Origin: Terriglobales bacterium
GTDB taxonomy: Bacteria > Acidobacteriota > Terriglobia > Terriglobales > Acidobacteriaceae
NCBI GenBank assembly: GCA_035280085.1
Contig: DATEGM010000204.1
Coordinates: 1-34,280, forward strand
Direction: 5' to 3'
Length of the DNA stretch: 34,280 nt
The position numbers and the translations under genes were made by a program. Positions 26,254 through 33,591 of this stretch are shown one piece after another. The notes beneath the pieces were generated by a model that ran no database searches, was not told the DNA's origin, and saw only the letters and a program-made list of their open reading frames with translations. Positions within the stretch are counted from its first letter, which is position 1. Each line of letters begins with the position of its first letter.

Positions 26254-26905
26254 GCTGCTCTTCTCCAGACCACGCAGCTCTGGCTATCGCATTTTGTGCC
26301 TGGGAGCCCATTCCGATGACCTCGAAATCGGCTGCGGCGGCACCATCCTGCGGCTGCTCAAACAGCATAAGAACGCGCATGTGCGCTGGGTGGTTTTCAG
26401 CTCTGACCGGACCCGGGCGAAGGAAGCGCGGCACAGCGCGGAGTTGTTCCTGAAGCGGGCGGCAAAAAAAGACATTACGATCAAGTCGTTTCGCGACGGC
26501 TTTCTGCCTTATACAGGCACCCAGGTGAAAGAGTTCTTTGAGGGACTAAAATCGTTTGCTCCTGACCTGATCCTGACCCACTATCGCCACGACTTGCACC
26601 AGGATCACCGGTTGCTCTGCGAGCTTACCTGGAACACGTTTCGCGACCACACCATTCTGGAATACGAGATCCCCAAGTACGACGGGGACATAGGAACGCC
26701 GAATTTTTTTGTTCCGCTGGAAGAAGAGATCTGCAGCCAGAAAACGGACTACCTGCTCGAAAGTTTCCAGTCCCAGCGCGACAAACACTGGTTTACAGCG
26801 GAAACGTTTCGCTCCATGTTGCGGCTGAGAGGCTTGGAATGCCGCTCCGAGACGGGATATGCGGAGGCGTTTTACGCGCGCAAGATTGTGCTCGAGCAGG
26901 ATTAA
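26246..26905 (+). CDS. PIG-L/LmbE-family N-acetylsugar deacetylase
   Basis: ILCLGAHSDDLEIGCGGTILRL (AHxDD metal-binding motif) and HYRHDLHQDH. ATG 26246 overlaps the rfbF stop (ATGCTTAA), implying translational coupling. The longest-ORF start 26189 lies inside rfbF. Confidence 0.8.
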   Translation: MLKLLFSRPRSSGYRILCLGAHSDDLEIGCGGTILRLLKQHKNAHVRWVVFSSDRTRAKEARHSAELFLKRAAKKDITIKSFRDGFLPYTGTQVKEFFEGLKSFAPDLILTHYRHDLHQDHRLLCELTWNTFRDHTILEYEIPKYDGDIGTPNFFVPLEEEICSQKTDYLLESFQSQRDKHWFTAETFRSMLRLRGLECRSETGYAEAFYARKIVLEQD

Positions 26906-26940
26906 CTCGGGCGAAGTAGGTTTCCAACAGAGGAGGATGA

Positions 26941-28026
26941 GTGAAAGTACTGGTCAGCGGTCATAATGGTTACATCGGGTCGGTCATGGTTCCCATGCTT
27001 CGCGCCGCGGGGCACGAAGTGGTCGGCATTGATACTTTCTTTTTTGAGCATTGCACATTTGGCGAGGATGCCCCGGCGGTTCCGGCCCTGCGCAAGGACG
27101 TTCGCGATGTCGAGATAAGGGACCTGGAAGGTTTCGACGCCGTCATACACCTGGCCGCGCTATCTAACGATCCTTTGGGCAACCTCAACGCGGAGTGCAC
27201 CTACGACATCAATCACCGCGCCTCGGTGCACCTGGCGAAAGTGGCCAAAGAGGCGGGCGTGCCGCGATATCTGTACGCCTCTTCCTGCAGCCTTTACGGC
27301 GTTTCAGACACGAATGCCATGCTGCGCGAGGATGCGCCCTTCAATCCCATAACCGCCTATGGCGAAACCAAGGTGCTGAGTGAGCGCGATATTGCCAAAC
27401 TCGCGGACGACCACTTCAGCCCCACCTTCCTGCGCAATGCCACGGCCTACGGCGCTTCCCCGCGGCTGCGCGGCGACGTGGTGGTAAACAACCTGGTGGC
27501 AGTGGCCTACACCACCGGCGAGGTGCTTATCCAGAGCGATGGCACGCCCTGGCGTCCGCTGGTGCACATAGAGGATATATCCAGCGCTTTCATCACCGTC
27601 CTGCAGGCTCCGCGGGAAGCTATTCACAACCAGGCGTTCAACGTGGGGCGCAGCGAAGAGAACTACCAGATCCGCGATCTGGCGGAAATGGTGCAGAAAA
27701 TTGTGCCCGGCAGCCATGTGAGCTACGCCCCCGGCGGCGGACCCGATCCGCGCTGCTACCGCGTGGATTGTTCTAAAATTGCCAAAGCGTTGCCTGAGTT
27801 CAAGCCGCGGTGGACGGTCGCGCGCGGCATGGAACAGTTATATGCCGCGTTCCAGAAATATGGCCTGACCAGGGATGAATTCCTGGGCGGAAAATATTTT
27901 AGAATTAAGCAGATCACGAAGCTCCAGGAAAGCGGCCGCCTCGATTCCAGCATGCACTGGACCGAGGATGGCGAAGAAAAAGCCGCGGCCGGCGCGCCGC
28001 TCGTTACCGCCGCCCGGCGCAATTAG
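26941..28026 (+). CDS. Extended-SDR NAD-dependent sugar epimerase/dehydratase/reductase
   Basis: 361 aa. GTG start 3 nt after GGAGGA (26932-26937). MKVLVSGHNGYIGSVMVPML (GxxGxxG variant), VIHLAA, SSCSLYG, YGETKVLSE (YxxxK). Confidence 0.8.
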   Translation: MKVLVSGHNGYIGSVMVPMLRAAGHEVVGIDTFFFEHCTFGEDAPAVPALRKDVRDVEIRDLEGFDAVIHLAALSNDPLGNLNAECTYDINHRASVHLAKVAKEAGVPRYLYASSCSLYGVSDTNAMLREDAPFNPITAYGETKVLSERDIAKLADDHFSPTFLRNATAYGASPRLRGDVVVNNLVAVAYTTGEVLIQSDGTPWRPLVHIEDISSAFITVLQAPREAIHNQAFNVGRSEENYQIRDLAEMVQKIVPGSHVSYAPGGGPDPRCYRVDCSKIAKALPEFKPRWTVARGMEQLYAAFQKYGLTRDEFLGGKYFRIKQITKLQESGRLDSSMHWTEDGEEKAAAGAPLVTAARRN

Positions 28027-28072
28027 TTCTCAAGCGCTACTCGTCTGAATCTTTTTTCCAGCAAGGTGATAC

Positions 28073-30265
28073 ATGCAAGGTTCCCCTAAGGCAGGTAAGG
28101 CATTTCTATTGTTCGCCGCGGTGTTGCTGCTGGTGACAGCGCTTCCCGCCCAGGTGTCAGTTCCGACGCAGTCGAATAACCCGGCTCGCACGGGCTGGAA
28201 CAACCAGGAGACCATTCTTAATACCTCCAACGTGAACATGGCCAATTTCGGCAAGCTTTTTGCCCTGAATGTGGATGGCTATATTTACGCCCAGCCGCTG
28301 TACGTGTCCAATGTCACGATTAACGGCACGACACACAACGTGGTGTACGTGGCCACTGAGCATAACAGCGTCTATGCTTTTGACGCCGACAGTCTGGGTC
28401 CAGCCCTTTGGCAGGTGAGTGTTAACGGAGCCGGAACGCCGGTTGACAGCAACGATATCTGCGCGGCCACGGGACAGGCGAACTATTGCGCCGACCTGAT
28501 TCCCGAGGTGGGCATCACCGCGACCCCGGTGATTGACCCGTCTACGAAAACTATGTATGTCGTTGCCGAGACCAAAGATTCCTCCTATCACTTCAAACTG
28601 CATGCGCTGGACATCACTTCGGGCGCGGAGCGGCCTGGCAGTCCGGTGGAAATTGATGGCAGCGACCAGACGCCCCCGCTCAACCAACTGATTCAGCTCA
28701 ACCGGCCCGGCTTGCTCCTGCTGAATGGTAAGGTGTACACCGCTTTCGGCTCCAACGGCGACTTTGCCGTAAACAGTGTGTATTGGCACGGCTGGATTTT
28801 TGCGTACGACGCAACCACCCTGCAACGAAAAGCTGTGTTTGACGTTTCGCCCAACAATGGATATCTGGCCGCGGGCGGCATTTGGCAAGGCGGCAAGGGC
28901 TTAGTCAGCGACGGTACCTACATCTATGTGGCCACCAGTAACGGCAGCTCTACCGACTGGCAAGGCGGGAATGACTACGCCTCCAGCTATTTGAAACTCG
29001 ACCAGAATTTGAACGTGGTGGATTGGTATGCGCCCAACAACCAGTCCTACCTGAACACCAATCCCGGCAACGTTGACATCGGCTCCGGCGGCCCGGTGCT
29101 GCTGCCCAGTTCCCCAGCCGTGCTGGTTGGCGGCGGCAAAGATGGCATTTTGCGGGTGATGAACACCGGTAACCTGGGCAAGTACAACGCAGCTAACGAC
29201 AATAACCTGCAGAACTTTCAGGCCACCAACGCCTACCCGAACGGAATGATTTTCGGCGGGCCCGTCTTCTGGAATAGTCCTCAGAATGGTGGCGTGCTTT
29301 ATCTGTGGGGTCCTGGAGATGTAATTAGAGGCTGGAAGCTGGTGGGTACCACCTTCCAGACTACTCCGGTCACACTCGGTACTATTCAAAATCAGCCGAG
29401 CGAGGATACTCTGGCTGCTCTGTCTATCTCCTCCAACGGTAGCCAGGCGGGAAGCGGCATTGTCTGGGCCTCACGCTTTCTGTCCCTGCCCCCTTCGGGT
29501 ACAAACAGCAAGGTTGCTCCCGGCGTTCTCACCGCCTTTGATGCCGATAATTTAGGCACTGAATTGTGGGATAGCCAGCAGAACTCCAATCGTGACGCGG
29601 TGAACGAGTATGCCAAGTTCGTGCCTCCCACGGTCGCGAATGGGAAGGTGTACCTGCCCACTTGGGTGGGGCCGAACGTTATGGGACAAAACTCTGGACA
29701 ACTGCTGGTCTACGGCCTGCTCAATTCCGTAAAGCAGGTTTTCAGTCTGAGCGGATCGCCCAGTGCCGTGACCGTCAGTCCGGGGCAGTCGGCAAAATAC
29801 ACCATCACTATTAACAGCAACGGCTTTAACGGCGCGGTTAACCTTGCCTGCTCGGCGCTGCCTGCGGGTGCGAACTGCCAGTTCGCCAGCAACCCCACCA
29901 ACGCAGGCTCGTCCACGACGTTGACCATTACTACCCAGGCGCCTTCCACCGCGCTTCTGCGGCCGGCGCCAGGAAAATGGAGCCTGCTCCCGTTGTACGG
30001 AGTGTTGTTGCCACCCCTCGGCCTCGTCCTGGCGGGTGCGGGCCTGGGCTCGCGCTGGCGCAAGCTCATGCTGGGGCTCTTCGCCGTGCTGCTGCTTTCT
30101 CTGGTTCTTGTGGCCTGCGGCGGTGGCGGTTCCTCCTCTGGTGGCGGCGGAGGTGGAGGTGGCGGCGGTGGCGGCACGCCCGCAGGCTCCTATAGCGTGA
30201 TCGTGACTGGAACTCCGAGCAGCGGCTCGCAGCAGTTCACCACCATAACTTTGACCGTGCAGTAG
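28073..30265 (+). CDS. Secreted PQQ-like-repeat beta-propeller protein with C-terminal Ig-like module interrupted by a hydrophobic hairpin (paralog 1)
   Basis: 730 aa. Signal peptide MQGSPKAGKAFLLFAAVLLLVTALPAQV. About 530 aa contain recurring beta-propeller blade signatures (VVYVATEHNSVYAFDAD, MYVVAETKD..YHFKLHALD, NGKVYTAFGS, WHGWIFAYD, YIYVATSNG, GKDGILRVM, ANGKVYLPT). Then comes an Ig-like beta-rich segment, two hydrophobic helices, poly-Gly, and a final TLTVQ strand. It shares many identical blocks with the next gene. Confidence 0.7.
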   Translation: MQGSPKAGKAFLLFAAVLLLVTALPAQVSVPTQSNNPARTGWNNQETILNTSNVNMANFGKLFALNVDGYIYAQPLYVSNVTINGTTHNVVYVATEHNSVYAFDADSLGPALWQVSVNGAGTPVDSNDICAATGQANYCADLIPEVGITATPVIDPSTKTMYVVAETKDSSYHFKLHALDITSGAERPGSPVEIDGSDQTPPLNQLIQLNRPGLLLLNGKVYTAFGSNGDFAVNSVYWHGWIFAYDATTLQRKAVFDVSPNNGYLAAGGIWQGGKGLVSDGTYIYVATSNGSSTDWQGGNDYASSYLKLDQNLNVVDWYAPNNQSYLNTNPGNVDIGSGGPVLLPSSPAVLVGGGKDGILRVMNTGNLGKYNAANDNNLQNFQATNAYPNGMIFGGPVFWNSPQNGGVLYLWGPGDVIRGWKLVGTTFQTTPVTLGTIQNQPSEDTLAALSISSNGSQAGSGIVWASRFLSLPPSGTNSKVAPGVLTAFDADNLGTELWDSQQNSNRDAVNEYAKFVPPTVANGKVYLPTWVGPNVMGQNSGQLLVYGLLNSVKQVFSLSGSPSAVTVSPGQSAKYTITINSNGFNGAVNLACSALPAGANCQFASNPTNAGSSTTLTITTQAPSTALLRPAPGKWSLLPLYGVLLPPLGLVLAGAGLGSRWRKLMLGLFAVLLLSLVLVACGGGGSSSGGGGGGGGGGGGTPAGSYSVIVTGTPSSGSQQFTTITLTVQ
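29951..30175 (+). other. Insertion-like segment inside paralog 1: TM helix, RWRK, second helix ending in lipobox-like LVAC, then GGGGSSSG12
   Basis: Encodes ALLRPAPGKWSLLPLYGVLLPPLGLVLAGAGLGSRWRKLMLGLFAVLLLSLVLVACGGGGSSSGGGGGGGGGGGG. An in-frame ATG at 30068 begins MLGLFAVLLLSLVLVAC|GGGG, which reads like a complete lipoprotein signal peptide (Cys codon 30116-30118). Confidence 0.6.
30119..30175 (+). repeat. Low-complexity GGN/TCN codon tract (Gly4-Ser3-Gly12)
   Basis: ggc ggt ggc ggt tcc tcc tct ggt ggc ggc gga ggt gga ggt ggc ggc ggt ggc ggc. Mixed synonymous codons mean this is not a perfect microsatellite. It generates the poly-Pro shadow ORF on the opposite strand. Confidence 0.9.
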
Positions 30266-30295
30266 AACCATTTTCCGAGGCTGTTGGAGAGGTAA

Positions 30296-33200
30296 ATGAC
30301 CCTTAAGGCCCTTCCCTGCTCTGTTGATCAACTACAAGGCTGCTCGTGCTCCAGTGGCGAACGCATGGCCAACCTAGTGCGCTGGCTACCTGTGCTGCTG
30401 GTGGCGTTGTGCCTTGTTCCTCTTGCCTCAGCCCAAACCTGCAACTCCCCTAGCCCTGTGCCTGTTTGGACCAACCACAACGACAACTGCCGTACAGGCC
30501 AAATCCAGGAGACCAGCCTTACTACTTCCAACGTAAACGTCAGCAACTTCGGCAAACTGTTCATGCGCACGGTGGACGGCTACATTTACGCCCAGCCGCT
30601 GTACGTGCCGGGGCTGACCATCGGCGGCAAGACCCGCAACGTGGTCTTTGTAGCCACGGAGCACAATAGTGTCTACGCCTTCGATGCCGATGATCCCACG
30701 GCATCGGCGCCGCTGTGGCATGTCACGCCCACGACTCTGGGAACCTCTGTGCCCAGCGGCGACGTGTGCATCGGCTTGTCCATTGCTGAATGCCCTTATA
30801 AGGACCTGCTCCCGGAAATCGGCATCACCGGCACCCCCGTGATTGACACGGCAAGCGGCACTATTTATGTGGTCGCTAAGAGCAAAAACACCAGCAACAA
30901 CACATACCACTTCAAATTGCATGCCCTCGACCTGGTAACCGGAGGCGAAAAATTCGGCGGCCCGGTTGAGATCACTGCCAGCGTATCCGGCACAGGGTCG
31001 GGAAGTTCGGGCGGCACCATTACCTTCAAGGCGCTGAACCAGATGAACCGGCCGGGGCTGCTCTTGCTGAACGGCATGGTCTACGTTGGCTTTGGCTCGG
31101 TGGGCGACGTGCCTCCGTGGCACGGCTGGATTTTCGCCTACACCGCTTCCAACCTGCTGGCAACTCCGACAGTATTCATCGCTACACCTAATGGCGACAG
31201 TGCGGGCTTCTGGGCCGCGGGACAGGGTCTGGCGGGCAACATCGTAAATAACACAGCGTGGATTTATGGCGCCACAAGCAATGGACTGTTTGATGTGAAC
31301 ACCGGGGGCAAGGACTATGGCGATACCATCCTCAAGCTCAACGCCTCTTCCGGCCTGACGGTGGCCGATTACTTCACGCCCCACGACCAAAGCTTTTTGG
31401 ATACCGGCAACGTGGATCTGGGCTCCGGCGGGCCGATGCTGCTGCCCAACACCACTGATCTGGTGAACATCGGCAAGGATGGATACTTGCGCCTGATGGA
31501 CACCACGACAGGAAAAATGGGCGGATTCAATGCCACTACGGATCAGAATTTGCAGAACATTTTAGTGACCAATGGCACAAATTCTTTCGCCTTCATGGGC
31601 AGCCCCATCTACTGGAACAGCCCTAATAATGGGCCGGTCATCTACTTCTGGGGCCCCGACGACTTCCTCAAAGCATATAAGTTTGTGAATGGATTGTTCC
31701 AAACTACACCGGTGTCGCAGGGCACCATCCAGGGCACGGCCGGCTATTCCAACAGCATGCCGCTGTCGCTTTCCGCGAACGGCAGCCAAAGCGGTACGGG
31801 AATCGTGTGGGCCACCGCTCCCCTGGGAGATGCCAGCGAGCAGACGGTAACAGGAATCGTGCGCGCCTTTGATGCCACCGACCTCGGCAACGAATTGTGG
31901 GACAGCAACCAGAATCCTGGCCGCGATGCCCTGGGCAACTATGCCAAGTTCACGCCGCCGACGATTGCCAATGGAAAGGTATACGTGCCCACCTTCTCTG
32001 ACGCGCTGGTGGTGTACGGGTTGAACCCTCCTGCGGCGAGCAGCATCACCTTTATGCAGGTGGCGGCCGCCACGCCGCAATCCAACTCCGCCAGTGTTCC
32101 GGTTGCTTACCCCCAGGCGGAAGTGGCCGGCGACCTGAACGTTGTCGTGGTCGGCTGGAACGACACGACCTCCTCCGTCAGTTCGGTCACCGATACGCTC
32201 GGGAATACATACACCCTCGCGGTCGGCCCGACCACCGCTTCCGGCGCGCGGCAGTCCATCTATTACGCCAAGAACATCAAGGGCGGCAGCAATACGGTTA
32301 CGGCCAACTTCACCCAAGCCGCGGTCTATCCTGACATTCGGGTTCTGGAGTACGCGGGCGCCGATACCACTAACCCTCTTGACGTGACTGCCGCTGCCGT
32401 CGGCAGCAGCACCACTGCGAACAGTGGCTCGGCCACCACCACCGCTGCCAACGACCTCATCTTTGGCGCCGACACTGTCGCCACGGGTACCCCCGGGCCT
32501 GGTGCGGGATTCACCACTCGCATCATCACTACTCATGATTCCGATCTCGCCGAAGACGAGATCGGCCCCACGCCCGGTTCTTACTCTGCCACGGCTCCGC
32601 TTTCCCCGAGCGGATATTGGGTCATGCAGATGGCCGCGTTCAAGGTTCAAGGCAGCGGCAGCGGCACTCCTGCGCCGACCGTTAGTTCGGTCTCGCCCAA
32701 CTCCGGCTCCACGAATGGCGGCACGAGTGTGACCATTACGGGCACGAACTTTTCAGCCGGCGCTACCGTCACCTTCGGCGGCACCGCTGCGAGCAACGTG
32801 AATCTAGTAAGCAGCACCTCAATTACCGCCACCACTCCGGCCCACGCCGCCGGCGCGGTCAACGTGGTGGTCACCAATAGCGGCGGGCCCAGCGGAACGC
32901 TGACGAACGGCTTTACCTACACTACGTCCACCGGCAATCCCATCACCTTCGTCCAGGTTGCCGCTGCCACGCCCCAGGGCTCTTTCGCCGCGGTTCCGGT
33001 GGGCCCACTAACGAAAGCTCAAACGGCCGGCAATTTGAACCTGGTAGTAGTGGGCTGGAACGACACTACGTCTTCAGTTTCTTCTGTCACCGATTCGTTG
33101 GGGAACACTTACTTCCTGGCAGTAGGGCCGACCACCGCTTCCGGCGCGCGGCAATCCATTTACTACGCCAAGAACATCAAGGCCGGCAGCAACACGGTAA

Positions 33201-33550
33201 CTGTAAACTTCAGCCAGGCGGCGGCCTACCCTGATGTTCGCGTTCTGGAATACTCGGGCGCAAGCACCACCAGCCCCATTGATCAAGTCATTCCTGGCGT
33301 CGGCAGCAGCACCACCGCCAGCTGCGGACCCCTAACCACCTCGGCCGCCAACGAGGTGATTTTCGCTGCCGATACTATCGCCACCGGCACTCCCGGCCCG
33401 GGCGCCGGCTTTACTGCCCGCATCATCACCACCCATGATTCCGACCTGGCTGAAGACAAGCCAGCAGCCACGGCCGGGTCTTACTCCGCTACCGCCCCCG
33501 TCTCTCCTGGTGGCTACTGGGTCATACAGATGGTCACCATAAAACAGTGA
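30296..33550 (+). CDS. Secreted PQQ-like-repeat beta-propeller protein with C-terminal [202-aa module]-IPT/TIG-[202-aa module] (paralog 2)
   Basis: 1084 aa. Blocks identical or near-identical to paralog 1: NFGKLF, VDGYIYAQPLYV, VATEHNSVYAFDAD, PEIGITGTPVID, YHFKLHALD, NRPGLLLLNG, WHGWIFAY, GSGGPMLLP, FQTTPV, NGSQSGTGIVWA, ELWDSNQN, YAKFTPPTIANGKVYVPT. ATG 30296 has GGAGAGG (30286-92) upstream. A canonical signal peptide (MANLVRWLPVLLVALCLVPLASA|Q) only begins at the in-frame ATG 30365. Confidence 0.7.
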   Translation: MTLKALPCSVDQLQGCSCSSGERMANLVRWLPVLLVALCLVPLASAQTCNSPSPVPVWTNHNDNCRTGQIQETSLTTSNVNVSNFGKLFMRTVDGYIYAQPLYVPGLTIGGKTRNVVFVATEHNSVYAFDADDPTASAPLWHVTPTTLGTSVPSGDVCIGLSIAECPYKDLLPEIGITGTPVIDTASGTIYVVAKSKNTSNNTYHFKLHALDLVTGGEKFGGPVEITASVSGTGSGSSGGTITFKALNQMNRPGLLLLNGMVYVGFGSVGDVPPWHGWIFAYTASNLLATPTVFIATPNGDSAGFWAAGQGLAGNIVNNTAWIYGATSNGLFDVNTGGKDYGDTILKLNASSGLTVADYFTPHDQSFLDTGNVDLGSGGPMLLPNTTDLVNIGKDGYLRLMDTTTGKMGGFNATTDQNLQNILVTNGTNSFAFMGSPIYWNSPNNGPVIYFWGPDDFLKAYKFVNGLFQTTPVSQGTIQGTAGYSNSMPLSLSANGSQSGTGIVWATAPLGDASEQTVTGIVRAFDATDLGNELWDSNQNPGRDALGNYAKFTPPTIANGKVYVPTFSDALVVYGLNPPAASSITFMQVAAATPQSNSASVPVAYPQAEVAGDLNVVVVGWNDTTSSVSSVTDTLGNTYTLAVGPTTASGARQSIYYAKNIKGGSNTVTANFTQAAVYPDIRVLEYAGADTTNPLDVTAAAVGSSTTANSGSATTTAANDLIFGADTVATGTPGPGAGFTTRIITTHDSDLAEDEIGPTPGSYSATAPLSPSGYWVMQMAAFKVQGSGSGTPAPTVSSVSPNSGSTNGGTSVTITGTNFSAGATVTFGGTAASNVNLVSSTSITATTPAHAAGAVNVVVTNSGGPSGTLTNGFTYTTSTGNPITFVQVAAATPQGSFAAVPVGPLTKAQTAGNLNLVVVGWNDTTSSVSSVTDSLGNTYFLAVGPTTASGARQSIYYAKNIKAGSNTVTVNFSQAAAYPDVRVLEYSGASTTSPIDQVIPGVGSSTTASCGPLTTSAANEVIFAADTIATGTPGPGAGFTARIITTHDSDLAEDKPAATAGSYSATAPVSPGGYWVIQMVTIKQ
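32045..32650 (+). repeat. Intragenic duplicated module, copy 1 (606 bp / 202 aa)
   Basis: ITFMQVAAATPQ...VVVGWNDTTSSVSSVTDTLGNTYTLAVGPTTASGARQSIYYAKNIKGGSNTVTANF...RVLEYAGA...GTPGPGAGFTTRIITTHDSDLAEDE...GYWVMQMAAFKVQ. It aligns without gaps to copy 2. Long identical nucleotide runs include ccgaccaccgcttccggcgcgcggca and tacgccaagaacatcaagg. Confidence 0.9.
32651..32941 (+). other. IPT/TIG-like Ig-fold domain between the two duplicated modules
   Basis: PAPTVSSVSPNSGSTNGGTSVTITGTNFSAGATVTFGGTAASNVNLVSSTSITATTPAHAAGAVNVVVTNSGGPSGTLTNGFTYT matches the IPT/TIG pattern (P.I..v.P..G...GGt.vtI.G.nF....v.fGg..a..v...s.t.i.c.tP......v.V.v...g......ftY). Confidence 0.7.
32942..33547 (+). repeat. Intragenic duplicated module, copy 2 (606 bp / 202 aa)
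   Basis: ITFVQVAAATPQ...VVVGWNDTTSSVSSVTDSLGNTYFLAVGPTTASGARQSIYYAKNIKAGSNTVTVNF...RVLEYSGA...GTPGPGAGFTARIITTHDSDLAEDK...GYWVIQMVTIKQ*. It is the same length as copy 1, offset 897 bp. By eye, roughly three quarters of residues are identical. Confidence 0.9.
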
Positions 33551-33591
33551 CGGTGATCTGAGCGCATTTCCTCTTGCGGTCCTCGTCTGCA

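Noticed and set aside
28027-28072. T6 run (28052-28057) after the SDR gene as a possible intrinsic terminator
   Set aside because: There is no GC-rich hairpin immediately upstream of the T-run. The only nearby stem (gcgccg/cggcgc within the SDR 3' end) has a 14-nt loop and is not adjacent to the T-run. The next gene follows with its own SD.
29710-30177. Minus-strand ORF beginning MPPPPPPPPPPPPEEEPPPP (poly-proline)
   Set aside because: It is simply the reverse complement of the GGN/TCN Gly-Ser tract in paralog 1, so it is an artefact of low-complexity sequence.
28157-32650. Series of long minus-strand ORFs (28157-28888, 28901-29389, 29552-30331, 30428-31390, 31562-32650) antisense to the two propeller genes
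   Set aside because: The sense-strand proteins have signal peptides, mutually conserved blocks and an in-frame 202-codon duplication. The antisense ORFs are Arg/Gly/His-rich and not conserved between the two paralogous regions in any sensible frame.
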